Shown one piece after another: positions 63,064 through 64,000 of a stretch of DNA of 64,000 nt. Origin of the DNA: an uncultured cyanobacterium (GTDB lineage Bacteria > Cyanobacteriota > Cyanobacteriia > CAKZMO01); contig CAVRCJ010000006.1 in the NCBI GenBank assembly GCA_963719515.1, positions 416,001 to 480,000 on the forward strand. Direction: 5' to 3'. The notes below the pieces were generated by a model. It was not told where the DNA came from, ran no database searches, and worked only from the letters and a program-made list of their open reading frames with translations. How positions within the stretch are numbered: position 1 is the stretch's first letter; every line of letters begins with the position of its first letter. The translations under genes were made by a program, and so were the position numbers.

Positions 63064-64000
63064 TTACGCCGCCAGCTGCTGGCACAGCTGGTCTTCCAGC
63101 ATCTGCTCCTGCTGAATCATATCTTCTATGCTGTGCTGCAGAACGACCTGAGTATCCTGCACCTGAGCGTAGTGGCTCAGCCACTGCTGGGCCGTGTTCC
63201 CCCGCTTTAGAAGAGCCTGAATGGGCAGCAAAAAGCAGCCGATACCTTGGGCTTTCGCCGTCGGCCACACCTCCTGATAGAGCTCTTGGATCCAGTCGCG
63301 GGCAAGGATTGGGCGACCCTCTTGCCAGCGCCGCAGCTGAGCGTCCAAGCTGCTGTGGGCTGCGGCCAGCTCGTTTTCGTTGGTTAGGGTCACCAAATCC
63401 TCAGCGCGGCTAGCCTCGGGGAGCTGGCTGGCCTGTAGCGGGTCAAGACTCGGGTCGGCGATCGCCTGGGTGATGCGCGACTCTAGCAGGGCGGTGATGG
63501 CAAGTAGGGAAATGGGGTCGGTGACCAAGTCACAAATTCTCAGCTCCAGCCGGTTGAGCTGATAGGGACGGCGATCGCCGTTGGGGCGCACAGAATCCCA
63601 GAGGTGGCGAACGTTTTGCATGGTGCCCGCCTCAAGCTGGGCTTTGGTCCACTCTATATAATGACGGTGATTTTCAAACAGGGGGACGTGGGCCGGGGTC
63701 TTGGGGAAGGTGTACCACCGGGAGGAGTGATGGCCCGTTGGTTTGCCGTCTATAAAAGGAGACGAAGCGCTGAGGGCAAGATAGAGGGGCCCCTCGACCC
63801 GGACTAGGCGGCAGGCCCGCATCAGCACTTCGGGGTCTTCGATGCCGATATTGATGTGGATGCTGGCGGTGACGACTGAGGTGCCGTAGGTCTGCTCAAT
63901 GTAGTCGTGGTAGGGATTATTAGGGTCGGAGCGGTGGAAGCGATCGCTGCCGCCCAGGGAGAGGGTGCTGCCCGGGATGAGGGTATAGTCTCCCAGGCTT
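63064..64000 (-). CDS. gshA: Glutamate--cysteine ligase, cyanobacterial type (5' end beyond window)
   Basis: Frame open to window end: IPGSTLSLG, YIEQTYG, TASIHINIG, ALSASSPF, NVRHLW, RLELRICD. Confidence 0.9.
   Translation of the reverse strand, partial: SLGDYTLIPGSTLSLGGSDRFHRSDPNNPYHDYIEQTYGTSVVTASIHINIGIEDPEVLMRACRLVRVEGPLYLALSASSPFIDGKPTGHHSSRWYTFPKTPAHVPLFENHRHYIEWTKAQLEAGTMQNVRHLWDSVRPNGDRRPYQLNRLELRICDLVTDPISLLAITALLESRITQAIADPSLDPLQASQLPEASRAEDLVTLTNENELAAAHSSLDAQLRRWQEGRPILARDWIQELYQEVWPTAKAQGIGCFLLPIQALLKRGNTAQQWLSHYAQVQDTQVVLQHSIEDMIQQEQMLEDQLCQQLAA

Larger units (their letters stand above)
1..64000. repeat. Dispersed HIP1 octamer GCGATCGC
   Basis: Many copies throughout coding and non-coding DNA; none noticed inside the IS at 10995-13158. 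Confidence 0.9.

Overview
Cyanobacterial chromosomal window (dense HIP1 GCGATCGC octamers; kaiABC, hik33/nblS, cp12, ftsH2, glgA, cyanobacterial gshA). Housekeeping genes occupy about 1-18.4 kb and 41.5-64 kb. Two accessory features stand out. (1) A decayed IS605-type element (10995-13158; divergent tnpA/tnpB) appears to have inserted into the last codon of kaiC, and its right end now supplies the kaiC stop codon. Nested in its tnpB is a 392-bp non-coding IS200/IS605-type element (12067-12458) with its own ends, a promoter-like box and an omega-RNA-like body whose predicted guide matches the host tnpB. (2) A ~20-kb divergent cluster (21.8-41.4 kb) reads like a conflict or cell-death signalling system. 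It encodes a SLATT-deoxyribohydrolase-TPR-SLOG protein, a SLATT-GH19 lysozyme fusion, a lysozyme-like/M15A peptidase, a five-TIR-CHASE2 membrane receptor, a DUF928-like TPR protein and a haemagglutinin-CHAT protease gene with three frameshifts. A structured leader that sequesters a ribosome-binding site lies at 18841-19030. I found no rRNA, tRNA or CRISPR array. All domain calls come from recognising motifs by eye, not from database searches.
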